A stretch of 63,116 nt of DNA, the filler included, from Bipalium vagum (taxonomy: Eukaryota): the NCBI GenBank assembly GCA_037834085.1. It is 3 parts of 3 records of this genome, joined end to end, with 100 filler letters (N's around TTAATTAATTAA, not from the genome) between each part and the next. Parts side by side here need not be neighbours in the genome. Positions count along the whole stretch, not along the records: positions 1 to 22,809 come from JBBMKC010216358.1; 2 more parts are not named here. One strand, written 5' to 3'. Position numbers and translations under genes: made by a program. The notes under the pieces were generated by a model. The model saw only the letters and a list, made by a program, of their open reading frames with translations, did not search any database and was not told the origin of the DNA. Below, in pieces: positions 1 to 13,642 of the stretch. How positions within the stretch are numbered: the first letter of the stretch is position 1; the number at the start of each line of letters is the position of its first letter.

Positions 1-109
1 TTGACGCAAAAATAGGAGTAAGGACAAGACAAGCCATTACCGAAGGAGGAAGTATAGGAGCCGATGGTACATGCAGTAGCAGAGAAAAGTACAGGAAAGG
101 TGAAAAGGT

Positions 110-440
110 ATTATGGGTGGTCACATATTCAGATTGGTCATGGATATTTTCTCCGTGATTTTCTTATTTTAATTTGCTTTTTCTTCATTCAATAATATAA
201 ACATTTATTCTTAATCCATTTTCTTTTTCAAATTTAGAAATAATATTTATTTTCATATCTTTATCAATATATTTAAAGTCATATTCTTTATACCAACTTA
301 CTCTTTCTTTATGAAGAGGACTGTGGTATAAGAAGTACTGAGCTTATAAAACATTGTTATCTTTAATTAATTATTAACTGAGATTTAAAAGATAATGAAG
401 TAAATGTTCTTCCATTTAATTTCATCAAATTTAATATTTA
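110..440 (-). pseudogene. Polinton/Maverick (adintovirus-like) protein-primed DNA polymerase B, N-terminal region remnant
   Basis: Manual minus-strand translation with stops and frameshifts gives LNGRTFTSLSFKSQLIIN..DN..HSPLHKERVSWYKEYDFKY..ISKFEKENGLRINVYIL. This matches the Polinton pPolB N-terminal pattern GSSYIxLP..IINIxNxDNxCF..HPERVSxY..IxKFExxNxxxINVY. Confidence 0.65.
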
Positions 441-2810
441 AGTTTAATGAAAATTTAAATGGTTTGAAAAATTTCCATCTTGAATATGATAGAACATGGA
501 TTCTTTAATTTTTGGAAGTAAATTAATTAAATAATCTCTGACGTCATCTCCTTCGTATATATCTTTTAAAATTAAATAATTTTTTTAAGAATTATAAAAT
601 TTATCTTTTTAAGTAATATTATTTTCATTATTATAATTATTTAAATTTTGATTTGCAACTATTCCGATAATTTAAATTTAAAGGAAAAAGTTTGCGAATA
701 TTGATGATTCAAATTTTGGAATAATATTTGCGAACCCAATCTGGAAGATATTAATATTATTAGAGTTTCAAAGAACAACAGAAAGAAACTTCTTACTCAA
801 CGTAATAGACAATTTTATTTCCTAAACAGATCATTTACATCTATTTTGTCCAGCTATACCAATGGCTGGTGATGTTACAATATGATTGAATTTTTCTTAA
901 AATGAAACTGGTGAATCATTTCTTACATTTTATAAATCTGAAAAATTATGACAAGAAAAATACGTTTAAGAAGTCGAACCACCAATATCACAATTCACTG
1001 GAATTTATATGAAGGTAAAAAATACCAATGGTATACTGGTAGCACCTACCGTGGTCACTTAAATGAGTTAAGAAATCAAAAAAATTATTACATAAAAATT
1101 ATCCGCCTTTAGATCGATCCTAATCATAAAAAGATAAATTACTATCAATTCTATTTACTTATTTAAATCTGTCGATAAACTATCTGAATAAACTCTAATT
1201 TTTGACATTAAAATGACGAGTGTTATTTAATGTAAGTCTAATAAAAAATTACCTTTTTAAATTATATTTTTATCATAATAAAAATAAAACGAATGCTAAT
1301 ATCGAAATCTTAAAATAAATCAACTTTAAAAACATGATGAAAGTAATGAAAATGGTGGATATGAATATAACTTAAAAACCAATTTATTTTCTTTTATGCC
1401 AAATTTCATAATTTTTTCATTCGATAAAATAAAATTTGTTACAATACTATTAACCAAAACTGATAAAAAAAAACATTCATCCTAACCAAATTTAATTTAC
1501 CATAAACAAAAAATAGCAATACCTGTATATATATATATATATAATTATATATATCAGTAACACTTCCACTGGTACAGATATGCTCGAAAAGTAACGCTTG
1601 ATCGAAATTATTCGAAAACCCGTCCAAGTGGAATAAAAGTGAGATCGGTTGATTTTCAAAAAATTAATTATTAAAAACAACAAACATAATAATGAAATTA
1701 AAAAAAACAATATATTGTAAACTATGCAATATACGATGTTTTTATCAGTGGAATAAATGGATAAATTGTCTGTGGTCAATAATATCATATTGATTTTTAT
1801 ATAAAAATTCCAGATCAAACTATAAAGCCAGTAATATCCAAGATGAACCATTAACTGTTAAGTCTGAAAGCAAATAAAAGATGAATAAATTAAACATTTG
1901 TTAAGTATAACACGAGATCCATTCGTTCATATCAGAAAATTGACAAAAATTTATGTTGTTTATTAATAAACATTTATGATTATTTATAAAGTTTCTCCAA
2001 TAAAAAATGATTTCATGAAACACTATCATCGATGTCTGTTTTCTACACTAAATTCTTCATTTTATCAATTTTTAGCAAGAGCAATTGCAAGAACAGAAAG
2101 TGATTTGATTTTAAAATTCTTTCTTAAAAAGTATTGTCCTGACAAAAATTACCATGATGAAAATGAAAAAATTACATTGATCAATGCAGAAAAATTTATT
2201 TTCGAAGCTTGTATTAAAAATTATATTTATTTATATTTTTATAAATAAATGATGTTTATTAATTGTGTCTATTTAAATCAATTTAAGCAGTCATTTTGAT
2301 TTCAGTTTCTGAAATTATAAACAAATTATTAATTAACTATTAGTTAAAACTATAACTTGACAATTTTTTTTCATATATAAATTTTCATTTAACAACTATT
2401 GTTTCCATTGATAGATTAATAGAAAATAGTTTATTTTATTTTTGAATTTAGAAATTTTTTATTTACTTTGTGACTAACAATAAAAAATTATTTTTTTAAA
2501 ATCATATCTGAATTTTGTATTAATTATACAATGGAAATACATTTTTCATATTTTTCAATAATCTATTAAACTTTATTTTACAATCAATATATGAAAATTA
2601 TAATCAAATAAAAATATGTCAACTAACATAGCTTTAAAAAGAACAAATCCAAATTAGATTAAAATCTTTTAAAGTCATAAACAGAGTAAAATATCGAAAT
2701 CAAATGAATTGTATATATTTAGAGAAAAGATTTCTCTTTTAAAAATGATAAAATCAATAGAACTTTGATATAAATATAAAAAGAGAAAATTACATTATTG
2801 TTAGTAATAT

Positions 2811-5800
2811 CTAATTATTGAAAATTGCACCTCCACCCCGAATGCCTTGAACCGCTTGTGGAGAAGTTATTGGTGCAGTACTCGGAGCATGACCGGCTCG
2901 AATTGGTTTGGCAATTTGAGGAGCTGGTCCACGTCTTGCTAAATTTCTTTGTCTCACAGCCTCTTTGATTCTATCAACTTCGTGTTGATATCGTCGTCGA
3001 TCTCGCATGGCTCCTTCTTTAGCATCTTTAAGAGCTGATTCAAGTGCTTTCACACGTTCAGTGGTACTCTTAATATTTGTATTTAACTTGTATTCAACAA
3101 ATCATCAGCATCAATGTTTAATAGAAGCTAATAAACCAAAACAACATCTATTTTTATTTTATGAAAACTGGAAGTAACATTAATTGTCAACAAGAATCTT
3201 TAAAAAAATTTGACAAATCTTTTAAAATATGAAATACAATATATTAAGTTTGAGAAAATCAATCATAGCCTATATTTCTTAGTAGAATGCCGAAGAAATT
3301 AATTTCAAATTTCATCGACAGTGTGAAATTATCATATTGTTTAACATCCGAGGATAAGAAAATCCTTGTGAAATCTCTGGACAGAAATAACACGAATAGA
3401 AAAAACGAATATTGTTTAATATTTAATATAAATTTATGGAAGTTATCGGAGAAAGTTTTATATCTTTGCTATGGTTACTAAAGAAATCTGAATTTAAAAT
3501 TAAATAAAACAGTAAAAAACATAGAAGAAAATAAAAAAATTAATAAAATAATATTTTCAGACTGGAAATTAATGAATGAAAGGAGAAATTCTCTAAAATA
3601 CGATCAAAATTACGGAATGTCAATTCCATTAATTTGAGAAACTGTACAAAGTTATAATAATAGATGAGAAAAGAAAAAAAATATATTTTTCAGAGAATTT
3701 TGCATAAAATCAAAAGTTAACATGTTATAATCAACTTATTGAAATCCACCAAGAAGCAGGTATATGGCTGGGATAATGAATAAATTTGATGTTCATGATT
3801 TTTATAGCCATTTTATTATTGTAATACATGACTTAAATATTTTAAATTTATTTGTAAACTTCATTTTTATTACTATTCAATTAGTTAAACTAAATTCTAC
3901 TTTTTGTTGTCATAATAATTATGCAACATGCCTCAAATTATTTGGAGATAGTAGTGAGTGAAGAACTGATAAAAAGTTTTAAAGATGTTTCATAATATTA
4001 ATTAGGGCTCATAGAAAATTTGATAGAAAGAAAAAAAATTACTTTATAGAATTTATTATATAGAAAATTTCTCAAAAAATTAGTTCATGATGCACATTTT
4101 ATTTTATAAGATGTTTTTTGCTAAATAATAAGTTATTGTTTGATATTTTCGATTTTGAAATTGGTTGTCATTTTTGAAGTTTAGAATAAAGTTCAGGTGA
4201 AATATCAACTCGTTGTAATAAAATAATTGTCCTTAATCAAATTTCTGATCATTCGTTTAACAATGTAGTTCTTAATTCTAGAAGGGTTTTACCGAAATGA
4301 CAGTTTTAATAGTATGATATAAACCTTTATGGAACTATAAGGACACGTTATATATTTTATAAAATTCGTTATCTGCTTTTATTTTTAACTCAAACACAAC
4401 TATTACCAAACCACACTTAATTGACTTTTGGGAACCTTAATAATGCTTTAACAAATTTTTCCTCAATTTATACAAAGTATATACTTGAAAAATATTCATT
4501 ATGTTCATTATGTCCTAAAAATTTTAATATCATTCATTGAAAAATGGTTAAAATAAAAATTAATTAGTTTGATAATCTTTAACAAAATCAATAATTACTT
4601 AAAATTAATTTAAAATATTAAATAAAAATCGATCGCATATTAAGACTTTAAGAGAATTTTATTAATTTATTTGTTTCAAAAATTTTAAGTCGTGATAATT
4701 TGAAAAATGATAGATTAAGATATATCGGAAAAATTAAATCCTTGCATCTAAAAATATTTGAAATTCTAAGTCAACTGGACTCAATTATTTCTTTAAGTTT
4801 GATTTTCTGTCTTTTATTTCACTTTTAAGAATGCAACTTTAATTGAGAGCGAAAAGGAAAGAATATTTGTGCCATTACCACTCCCTATCAATTATCACAC
4901 AAGGAATAAAATATAATCTTACTTTAAGTCGCTTTTCAAGTTTCGGTAGTTCCAGCCTCAAATCGGAATTGTCTCTAACCAGTTGCTTATGTACTTTGGT
5001 GAGCTGCTCAAGATTCATTTCCAAAAACTGTATTTTTTGTTTCTGCACCAAATTGCCAGATCTACCGTCATCGTCATCATCATCTTCGCCAATAATTCCA
5101 GAATCACGGTTCACATCACGTGTTGACTATTTGATAGATATTAGTACATACATATAGATCAATAATATTAATAAATGATATACCTTTTTCACCCGATTGC
5201 TCAGATCTTGAACAAACAACTTTCTCAAATTATGCAAAGTTTGCAATTCTTTCATAACCGTATCCTCTAAACCTTTGAGGTCCTGTCGAGCTTGCTCTCG
5301 TTTTTCGTTTGCTTTTTCCAATCCTTCTAATTTTGCGGCTTTTATTTCTCCTTCGGCTACCACTTTCTCATATTCTTCTTTCAATTTTTCATTTTGGAAA
5401 GTCAAATGATGAATTTTGCTTTAACAATAAAAAAAATTTTGGATTTAAGTATCAAGTTTTCTAACTCTTTCATTTCCTCGCTCACACGTTGCTTCTCATC
5501 CAATTTGTCTCGCAGTTCTTTAATCTGTTGAGAATATTGCTCACTTTGCCGTTTAAATTCCTCATCCAATTTTGATTTAATATCCAATTGTCCGGCAAGT
5601 ATTTCTGCTCTATTTTGAGCATTGGCATTAACAATCAATTGTTCATTTGCCTTGAACTTAGATATTTCAGCATTCAATTGATCGACTTGTTCTTCAAGAT
5701 TTCGTTTCTGTAATTCTGTATCGTCTATTTTGTTATTCAACGTATTCATTCGAACTTCAAACTAATTATTATAAATAAAAAATAGTTTATAACCAGATAA

Positions 5801-8800
5801 CATCATACCTCTTGAACTTTCAATTTCATATCGCGCAATTCTTCGTCGGTTTTCTTGAAATTTTGGTGTTGTATTTGTCTTTCCTCTTCCAATTGTTTCA
5901 CGCGCATTTGAGTCGTCTTCGCTTCAGTTTTCATTTTACTAATATACAATCGTATAACTGTAAACTCCTCATCGATTTTCTCAATTCCAGCAAATGAAGG
6001 CTTCTATAAATCGACTTAAACACAAAACAAATGAATTTAATTATTTACACTAAGCTGATCACTCATACATTCTCCAACGTCACCGAGATCCTTAATTAAA
6101 CTATTGAACATTTCCGTGTATTTCTTTTTCTGCGTCGTGTAATTTTCCTTTAATTGTTGTAATTCATTGTCTTTAGTATTGATATTTTGAGTCTGCTGAT
6201 TTATCTGTTCTTGCATATCTTCGAGTTCGTGGGTTCGGTTTTGAATTTCTTGAATTTTCTGATCATAATTCATTGCCAATTCCTCAAGAGCTTGAAGTAC
6301 TTCTTTGACTTCTTCTTTACTGGATTCATTTTCGCCCTACAAAATTTACAATGAATACTTACTTAAATGTTTAATGGAATTTAGATACCTGCAATCGAGT
6401 GAATTCTGATTGAATCCGTTCCTGGTCTTGTCTAAGACTTTTGATTAATTCATCCTGCTCTTCTATTTGTTGTTTAAGTCTTTCAACAAATTGGGCTTGT
6501 TTGTTAATTTCTTCATCTTTATCATCAAGTAATCTGTATAACTCGTTTACCGACGAACTTTCTCCGATTTGAGCTACGTTTGAAAATATATAATGATTAG
6601 AAAGTCTACCTATCCAAGTCACTCATTTAAATTTGTTATAAAAAAAACTGTTCAAGAGGAAACAAAAATATTTTATTTCTATTTCAACATTATAGTAATT
6701 CATAAGTAATTAAGTTTATTATTTAAAATAATAAAAAAACAAAATTAGTAAAAACAAAAGTAAAGGCCATTGAATCAATAGTTTTAAACTAGTTTTTGAA
6801 TCTCTTGTTGGTACCATTCCTTGTTCTTGGACCTGAAAAACTCTTAGCTTTCAATCTACGCCCTAGGAGAAAATGTACCACTGATCAAAAAAGGTGGTAA
6901 TCCAATAGGCCTATATTGGAACTGTATGCTGGATGTGATAACAGTTCAATAGATTCTCATTCTTTGATTTTCTCGATTGTTTTCTTGGCAGTGTGCTGGT
7001 TTTTATTATTGTGCTGTGAGATCACCCGCTTTCTATTGACAAATGCCGGATATTTCAGATTTAGTTTTTCAAACATTCGATCCAATTGAGCACAATATAG
7101 GTCTGCGTCTAGTGATATACTATTTGAAATCAATTTGAAGTTGATTATGCCTTGGAAATTCCACCAAACGCACAATAATGTCTTCTGTGAGAATTGGTCT
7201 CTGCTTGGAACAGGTTGCTTGCTCAGAGTCCAACAACTGATTATTTTTGTGATGATTTGTGATGATCACCAGAAGTTATAATTTGTCTAATGAATCGATC
7301 ATCCCTCGGATTTTGCAGCAGCTTTCTACACATTGACCATAATTTTAGGTCAAATCGTGAGGTACTTCTCTACATCGTATATTGACCATACCGATTTCTT
7401 TAAGGTGTCGGACAACTGTTGCTTTGGAAATACCTAGATCAGCAGACAATATTCGAGTGTAAGTCGATCGTTTTATCTCAACATTGCGTAGCGCTTCCTG
7501 ATTTACAGTTACTGGTCTACCGTATAGAACATGTCAACATTAAATATTTTGAACCAGATTTGGACTATACGAATATTTTTCTGGCAGCTTCACTATATCA
7601 AGGCAGAGTGCGAATTTCAAAATTTTTCCATTTTTATTTCAGCTAAAATAACATTTATAACATAATTTAAGTAACCCAATGGTAGAAAATTTATTAAATT
7701 TTAAATTGATATATAAATCGATATATTCAAATTTTTTATCAACTAAAAAATTACTTTGAACTACTTAAACAAAATAATAATTACTTATGAATACAATCCT
7801 TTACTCACAAAAGAGAAAGTTCTCTGAATTTGAACGTAATTATTATGGTCACAATAATTTAATAAATTTATGGTCACAATTCTCAAAATAATAAACACGT
7901 TAAATTTTTTTATCAAATAAAACTAATCACTGAAATCAAAATAAACAGAAATATTTTAAAATACTGAGATACAAAAGTTAATATTATAAAACTGGATAGA
8001 AGTATGTGAAAATATAAACGAGTAAGATAAAAATACTTACAAAAGAATTTCATAAATTTATTGATTTGCAAAAAATAATCTTTAATAATTTCAGAAAAAT
8101 TTACAAACATAACACAACGATCAGAAAGATTAAGAAAAAATGTCACTTTAATGACACAATTCCTATGTTTAAAATTCGATAGAAAATATAATTCCCTTTA
8201 TTATTTCACTGAAAATATCAATTATGAACAAAGAATTGTGTGGAGAATTATGAATAAGCTCTAATGAGTTAGTAAAAGATATGGTGAGAAGTTAAATGAT
8301 GTAATAAAATCAGAAAACAAGCATAAGTGGTTCACAAGGATTCCTATAATAAATAACGAATATATGACAGAATCAAAAGTTACTGGTCCAGCACAAAAAT
8401 ATTTTTATAAGAAAATTTCCGAATTTTTTATATTTAAATGTATTAAAACAACATTTAAAGAATAAATTTTAGATCAAACCAGTTATTAATTTTAATAAAA
8501 TTTATTGAAAATATCTTAAATTTTACTAATTATTACCTGTTCTTATTTTCTGATTATATATATCCGAATTAAGCCTATTCAAACTGTCCGTAGATGCAGA
8601 AATAAGTCCCAGTTGACTATTTGTCATTTCTTTAATTTCTTCAGCAAGTTGATTATACTGAGATTCAGTAAACCACTCGTTTTGATTTAATTTTTCACCT
8701 AAAATTATAATCGTCAAGAAAGGTAAAACTTGAAAAAAACACGTGAAAAAGATACCAGCTCGCCATTTTTTAATCTCTGCCTCCAATTTCATGATAATGG

Positions 8801-11213
8801 CTTTAAGTTGTTTATTACGTTGTTTTTCTTTCTCGTATCTTCTCCTCCATTCTTCAGCTGTCAATTCTTCGTTCACACTGACACAGTTTTTAATAGTTTT
8901 CGCTCTCATACCAAACATCAAAGTTGATTTAGTTTCTGCATCATTAAATTCTGCAGGAGAACAACAAATAACCATAGTAGTGCGAGCATTGCCACCGAGA
9001 GATTCTTGGAGTATTCTAGTCAATTTTGAATCTCGATATGGAATATGTGCCTAGTTTAAAGAATTAGGGCTTATTTTAAAAAAGTCCTAACAATAACTAT
9101 TCAGTAACATTTTAGAAAATTAAAACTTATTTTATTAAATCATTAAGCAAAACAGGATTTTATTTTGCACGAATTGTGTTCTGAATTATAGGCTAACTAA
9201 AAAATCAATAAAGTTTTGTTGGAATTATTAATGAATTGGTGGACAAAGAATTACATTTATTATTAAATAATTTTTATAAATATATACTGTGAATTTAATC
9301 ACCAGGAAAAAATTCTCTCATATACACACAAACCGAGTGATTGTGACTTCAATTTTCTGCTTTAAAAATCAATTCCAGAACTAACTTTCGTAGAAAAATA
9401 TTTTTCTCGAAATTTCTTACTGTCAAAAATAATAAATTAATAATCTTTTTTATATTCCAAAAATAATTATAATTTGAATTTTAGTTTACATCAAAAGGAT
9501 TAAATAAAACGGTAAAAACCTAATAATATTAAATGGATCTGAAGTCAAAATGACTTAATACTAATTTTCATATTTATGCAATAAATTATTTTTATCAATG
9601 TTCAGTAGACAGTGAAATTACTGTCATAACTAAAATCATAATAGAACGAATGTGCACATGTGATTCGAATGAAGCACATAAATTTTCGAATATCGATTAT
9701 TTTAAAATTAATATCTCATTAATTATACATCAATAAAAAATAACAATTAAAAAATGAATGAATATTCTTATGAATATTCAAGACGAAACTATAACTATAC
9801 GTAAATATTTTAAGTAAAATATCAATAAATTACACTGCCTTCCACCAATGCATTGATTACATTCCCCAATGCAGACAAGGATTTATTGATGTTTTTAGCC
9901 TCATCAAGAACAGTTCCTTCTGCACCGGTTTTTGCCACTTTCTCACTTCCTGCCAAATCAACAAGATATAACTTCCCGTGTAATTTTTTCTGAGTTTCTA
10001 AATTTTCCTGTTTGACTTGAATCATAAACACTGAATGACTTCTACTACTATGTTCGTTCATATCTAAATATTCTTAGAACAACTGAAAACGTTAATAATC
10101 TCCTCACTTGTAACAGACACATGTCGATTTGCTTTTCCTTCATCAATCACATCAAATACCTCTTCAGGGCTAGAAACAAACCTTTCTGTTGCTCCCTTCA
10201 TCAAAATTTAATTCAAATACAAAATTCAAATAATAGCAAAACCTTTACAAATGGAACTCGATCTTTATCTTCATGCACTGATAAATTAGTTTTCGATACT
10301 GCAAAAAAGATTTTTTTAATACTTTAGTTTTAGATATACTTGATTTCCTAAATTATTTTAATATTATTTATCTCAATCTGTATAATTTTTGGTACACATG
10401 TGAATTTATAATTTCTATATATTATATCACAAATTCTACACAATAAAGTTAGAAATATTTTATAGAAATAGATAAAATATATATAACTAAAGAATAGATT
10501 TTAATTTTAAAGAAAAGCTGTGCCGATTTAACACTTGATATATCATAAATCTTTATAAAACATTTGGAATTAATGTTTTTTTAAAAATTGATTAATTTCT
10601 AGAATACTTAATACTCATTATACAATTTTAATTTGATAGTAAGAAATTCATACCATCAAGCAAATCTCTGATTTTATCCAGATATATTTCGAAATATGAG
10701 ACCTAATATAATAATTAATAAATATTGATTACTTTATGATTATTGAAACCTTAATATGAAATTCTAAATTTTCATCCATAGTATAAATATGATCAAATAT
10801 GTCATGAATAATTCTAGGAATTATCCCTTGATATTCTGGATCACCCAAAACTCCTTCCATAGTAAATGTTTTACCACTAGCCGTTTGACCATATGCAAAA
10901 ATTGTTCCATTATAACCACTCAAAACATCAGCAACAATTGGCTTCGCAACAACCTCATATACTGCTGCTTGAGTTGATGTATGCTGCAAAACTCTGTCGA
11001 AAGTGAACGTGCGTCCCTAAAAATTAGATCAATCCATTCTTTACATGTGCGAAAAAATATAACTAATAAAAATGATCTAGAAAATAAACCTACTTGAATA
11101 ACGACCGAATTATCCGTTGATGGAGGAAAAGAAAGACAGCTCTTGCTTTTAAGATTAGTTTCATTTACATTTAAAGGTCTAACTCGACATACAACTTTAA
11201 TACTTTCTGACAT
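2811..11213 (-). CDS. Khc: Kinesin-1 heavy chain (KIF5/Khc orthologue), about 15 exons
   Basis: ATG at 11213 ([13 protein letters not shown]). P-loop GQTASGKT (~10870), switch I NEHSSRSH and switch II DLAGSE (9822-10061), LGGNARTT and neck [17 protein letters not shown] (8526-9051), coiled-coil exons 4920-6580. The last exon 2811-3068 follows an AG acceptor ([18 protein letters not shown]...QIAKPIR, the IAK autoinhibitory motif). Introns checked are GT-AG. Confidence 0.97.
6770..7680 (-). mobile_element. Degenerate mariner (Tc1/mariner) transposase inside a kinesin intron
   Basis: ORF 6957-7175 [11 protein letters not shown]...LYCAQLDRM...[11 protein letters not shown] is the typical mariner catalytic region; flanking frames are broken. 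Confidence 0.85.
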
Positions 11214-11819
11214 TGTTTACAAAATATTTGCAACGATATGGTAATTAAATATTTATATATTTATTAACTAGATTATTTAAACAAAGTGACATTGTCTATA
11301 TATTAGTATTCTAAATTTTAAAAATTATATTTTACTCTAAATTTGTATTTATAATAATTCATTGTGCTACAAGTAATTTACTTTATACAAATAAAGAATT
11401 ATTATTCATAAGATATAATACCAATAATTTTGAAAGAAATAAGGGATTTTGTATTAGAAAGAGTTTAAAATCCATAATAACAATAAAATATAAATGCATT
11501 TTATAATTTTAGTTTATTAAATAAAAAATTTTATTATAAAAAAAATTAATGTACTTAAATACATAAAAATTAAAAGAAAAATAATAATTTTTAACATAGA
11601 CCCAAAAAACGCACTCAACTTTAAAATCGATTAGGAGCTGATTCACAAGCCGCTTGACAGTTTATTGACGATTAAATTAAATAGTAATTATTTGTATTTT
11701 ATCATTTAAAACTTATTGACTTAAATTTATTATTTTCTTCAATGTGATTGATTTTGTTTGAGATCACAATTTACTGACTATGCTTTCAAATACAAAAATA
11801 AATTTGAAAAAGGTTATAC

Positions 11820-12457
11820 CGCAAAATCGGCGACGTTCGCCACAATGGTTGGATAGAAATAAAACTCCAAAACATTTCCCAAAGCCAAATTTCTACAATA
11901 AAAAAATTATGGTGACTATTTGGTAGCCCATGGCCGGTCTGATCCATCACAGCTTCCTAAATATGGGCGAGACTATTACAGCAGAAACATACTGCCAGCA
12001 AATAGAGAAAATACATAGGAAACTTCGAGTCATCTGTCCGGGACTGGTCAATAGAAAAGGTCCAATTCTGCTGCACGACAATGCACGACAATGCACGCCC
12101 ACAATGGCACAAACAACATTGCAGAAAATAAACAATTTGGGCTACGAGATTTTGACTCATCCTCCATGTTCTTCAGACCTCTCACCAACAGATTTCCATT
12201 TCTTTAAGGCTCTGGATAATTTCTTGGTCAATAGGCGTTTCGAAATCCGAGCCAATGCTGAAATGTCCTTTGAGGAGTTTCTTGCCTCCAGGAACAAAGT
12301 TTTTCATTCCACAGGCATGAATAAACTCATCACTAGTTGGTAGAAATATATTGACTTGCATGGAAATTATCTTGATAATTAAAGTTTATTTCCCATTGAA
12401 TTATGACATTTTTACTTTTATAGCTGTAAAACGACATTATTTTTGCACCAACCTAAT
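11820..12457 (+). mobile_element. 5'-truncated mariner transposon (DD34D type) with right TIR
   Basis: ORF 11930-12343 has ILLHDNAR and HPPCSSDLSPTDFHFF. A mariner-type TIR end aaaacgacattatttttgcaccaacctaata lies at about 12428-12457. Confidence 0.9.
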
Positions 12458-13159
12458 ATATTTAAATATTAAAGTTGTTTTAATTTTTAAAATTTTTAAT
12501 TAGTATTTATTTATTTAATTATATAAAAAACAAGATGAAAAAAAGCAGCAGAATAATTGCAATTTCCTACAATTCCACTATTAGAAATATTCGGTAAACT
12601 AATAGATGATGACGAATACTTAATAGATTGTGATTGTAACCCTCGAAAAACAAATATAATTCAGGTACATTATCCTGGTACTCAAAAACAAACAACGATA
12701 ACCGAAATAATAGATCTGACAGATACCTTAAAAGAAGCACAAATTCTCCCTAAGGAAGTAGAACCAGAGTATTGTGAAGTTCCTAAAGAATCAGAGGAAG
12801 AAAAACCATTACAGCAGGAAAAGCACGAAATAGTCCATAAGGTATGGCAGGAAATGGATCAAACTGATGTTGTATTACATGAAATTTTAGAACAAGATTA
12901 TCAACCCCTTGCTCAAATGAACCCACGATATTGGCCCACTGATATAGATGATGCGCAAATATCAGAAGATAACAATGAGCTTAAAATCCCAGAGTACAAT
13001 TCCACCTAGAGATAAGCCGACAACATCACAAGCAAGAGACCAAACTATACAAACTGATATAGTTTCAGGTTCGCAAGTAGGAACTCAGAAACCAGCAATC
13101 AAAATTAAAAAACCAAACCCTGTATCGGAAAGTATACCCTACATTAGGCAGTTAACAAA

Positions 13160-13600
13160 AACGGATACGATAAATCAAATAAAACAAAACCTTATATTTA
13201 AACAAGCGCAAAAATTGGCCGAACAAGTAAACAGTGATTTTGAAAATGAAAACATTCCAAATGAGCTGCTACACAATGTTACTACCATAATAAATGCCTT
13301 GCAAACTGATAATTGCCCGAATAACAGTGAAAATTATAATTTAATAAATAAGATAAAAAATCTAATTCCCAAAATCAAAAGCTTAAATGATATGAACCTA
13401 TCTCAAGTACAAGACCTCATCACAAACACACCCAATCAAGGAACATGTCTAACGGGACTCACAATTTTAATTCAACAGGCAATGCAAAGTATTAAACAAT
13501 CCCCAGAAAAAATACAAAGAATCATCAGAGATACTACAATGAATATAAAAGAAATAGTGGAACCCTTTCTTGAAAATTTGGGAGGATGGCAAACGCTAAA
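13160..13600 (+). pseudogene. Putative Bcl-2-like domain within the retroelement polyprotein
   Basis: Helical segment with BH3-like QAQKLAEQVNSDFE, BH1-like TPNQGTCLTGLTIL (cf. NWGRIVAFF) and BH2-like EPFLENLGGWQTL (cf. WIQDNGGWDAF), in the correct order and followed by a hydrophobic anchor. Confidence 0.55.
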
Positions 13601-13642
13601 TGCAAATCCTACAACAAATCCAACAAGTAGCAGTAACTCAAA

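Noticed and set aside
1439-2248. Short hydrophobic or AT-rich ORFs
   Set aside because: No recognisable motifs; could be chance ORFs or unresolved exons.
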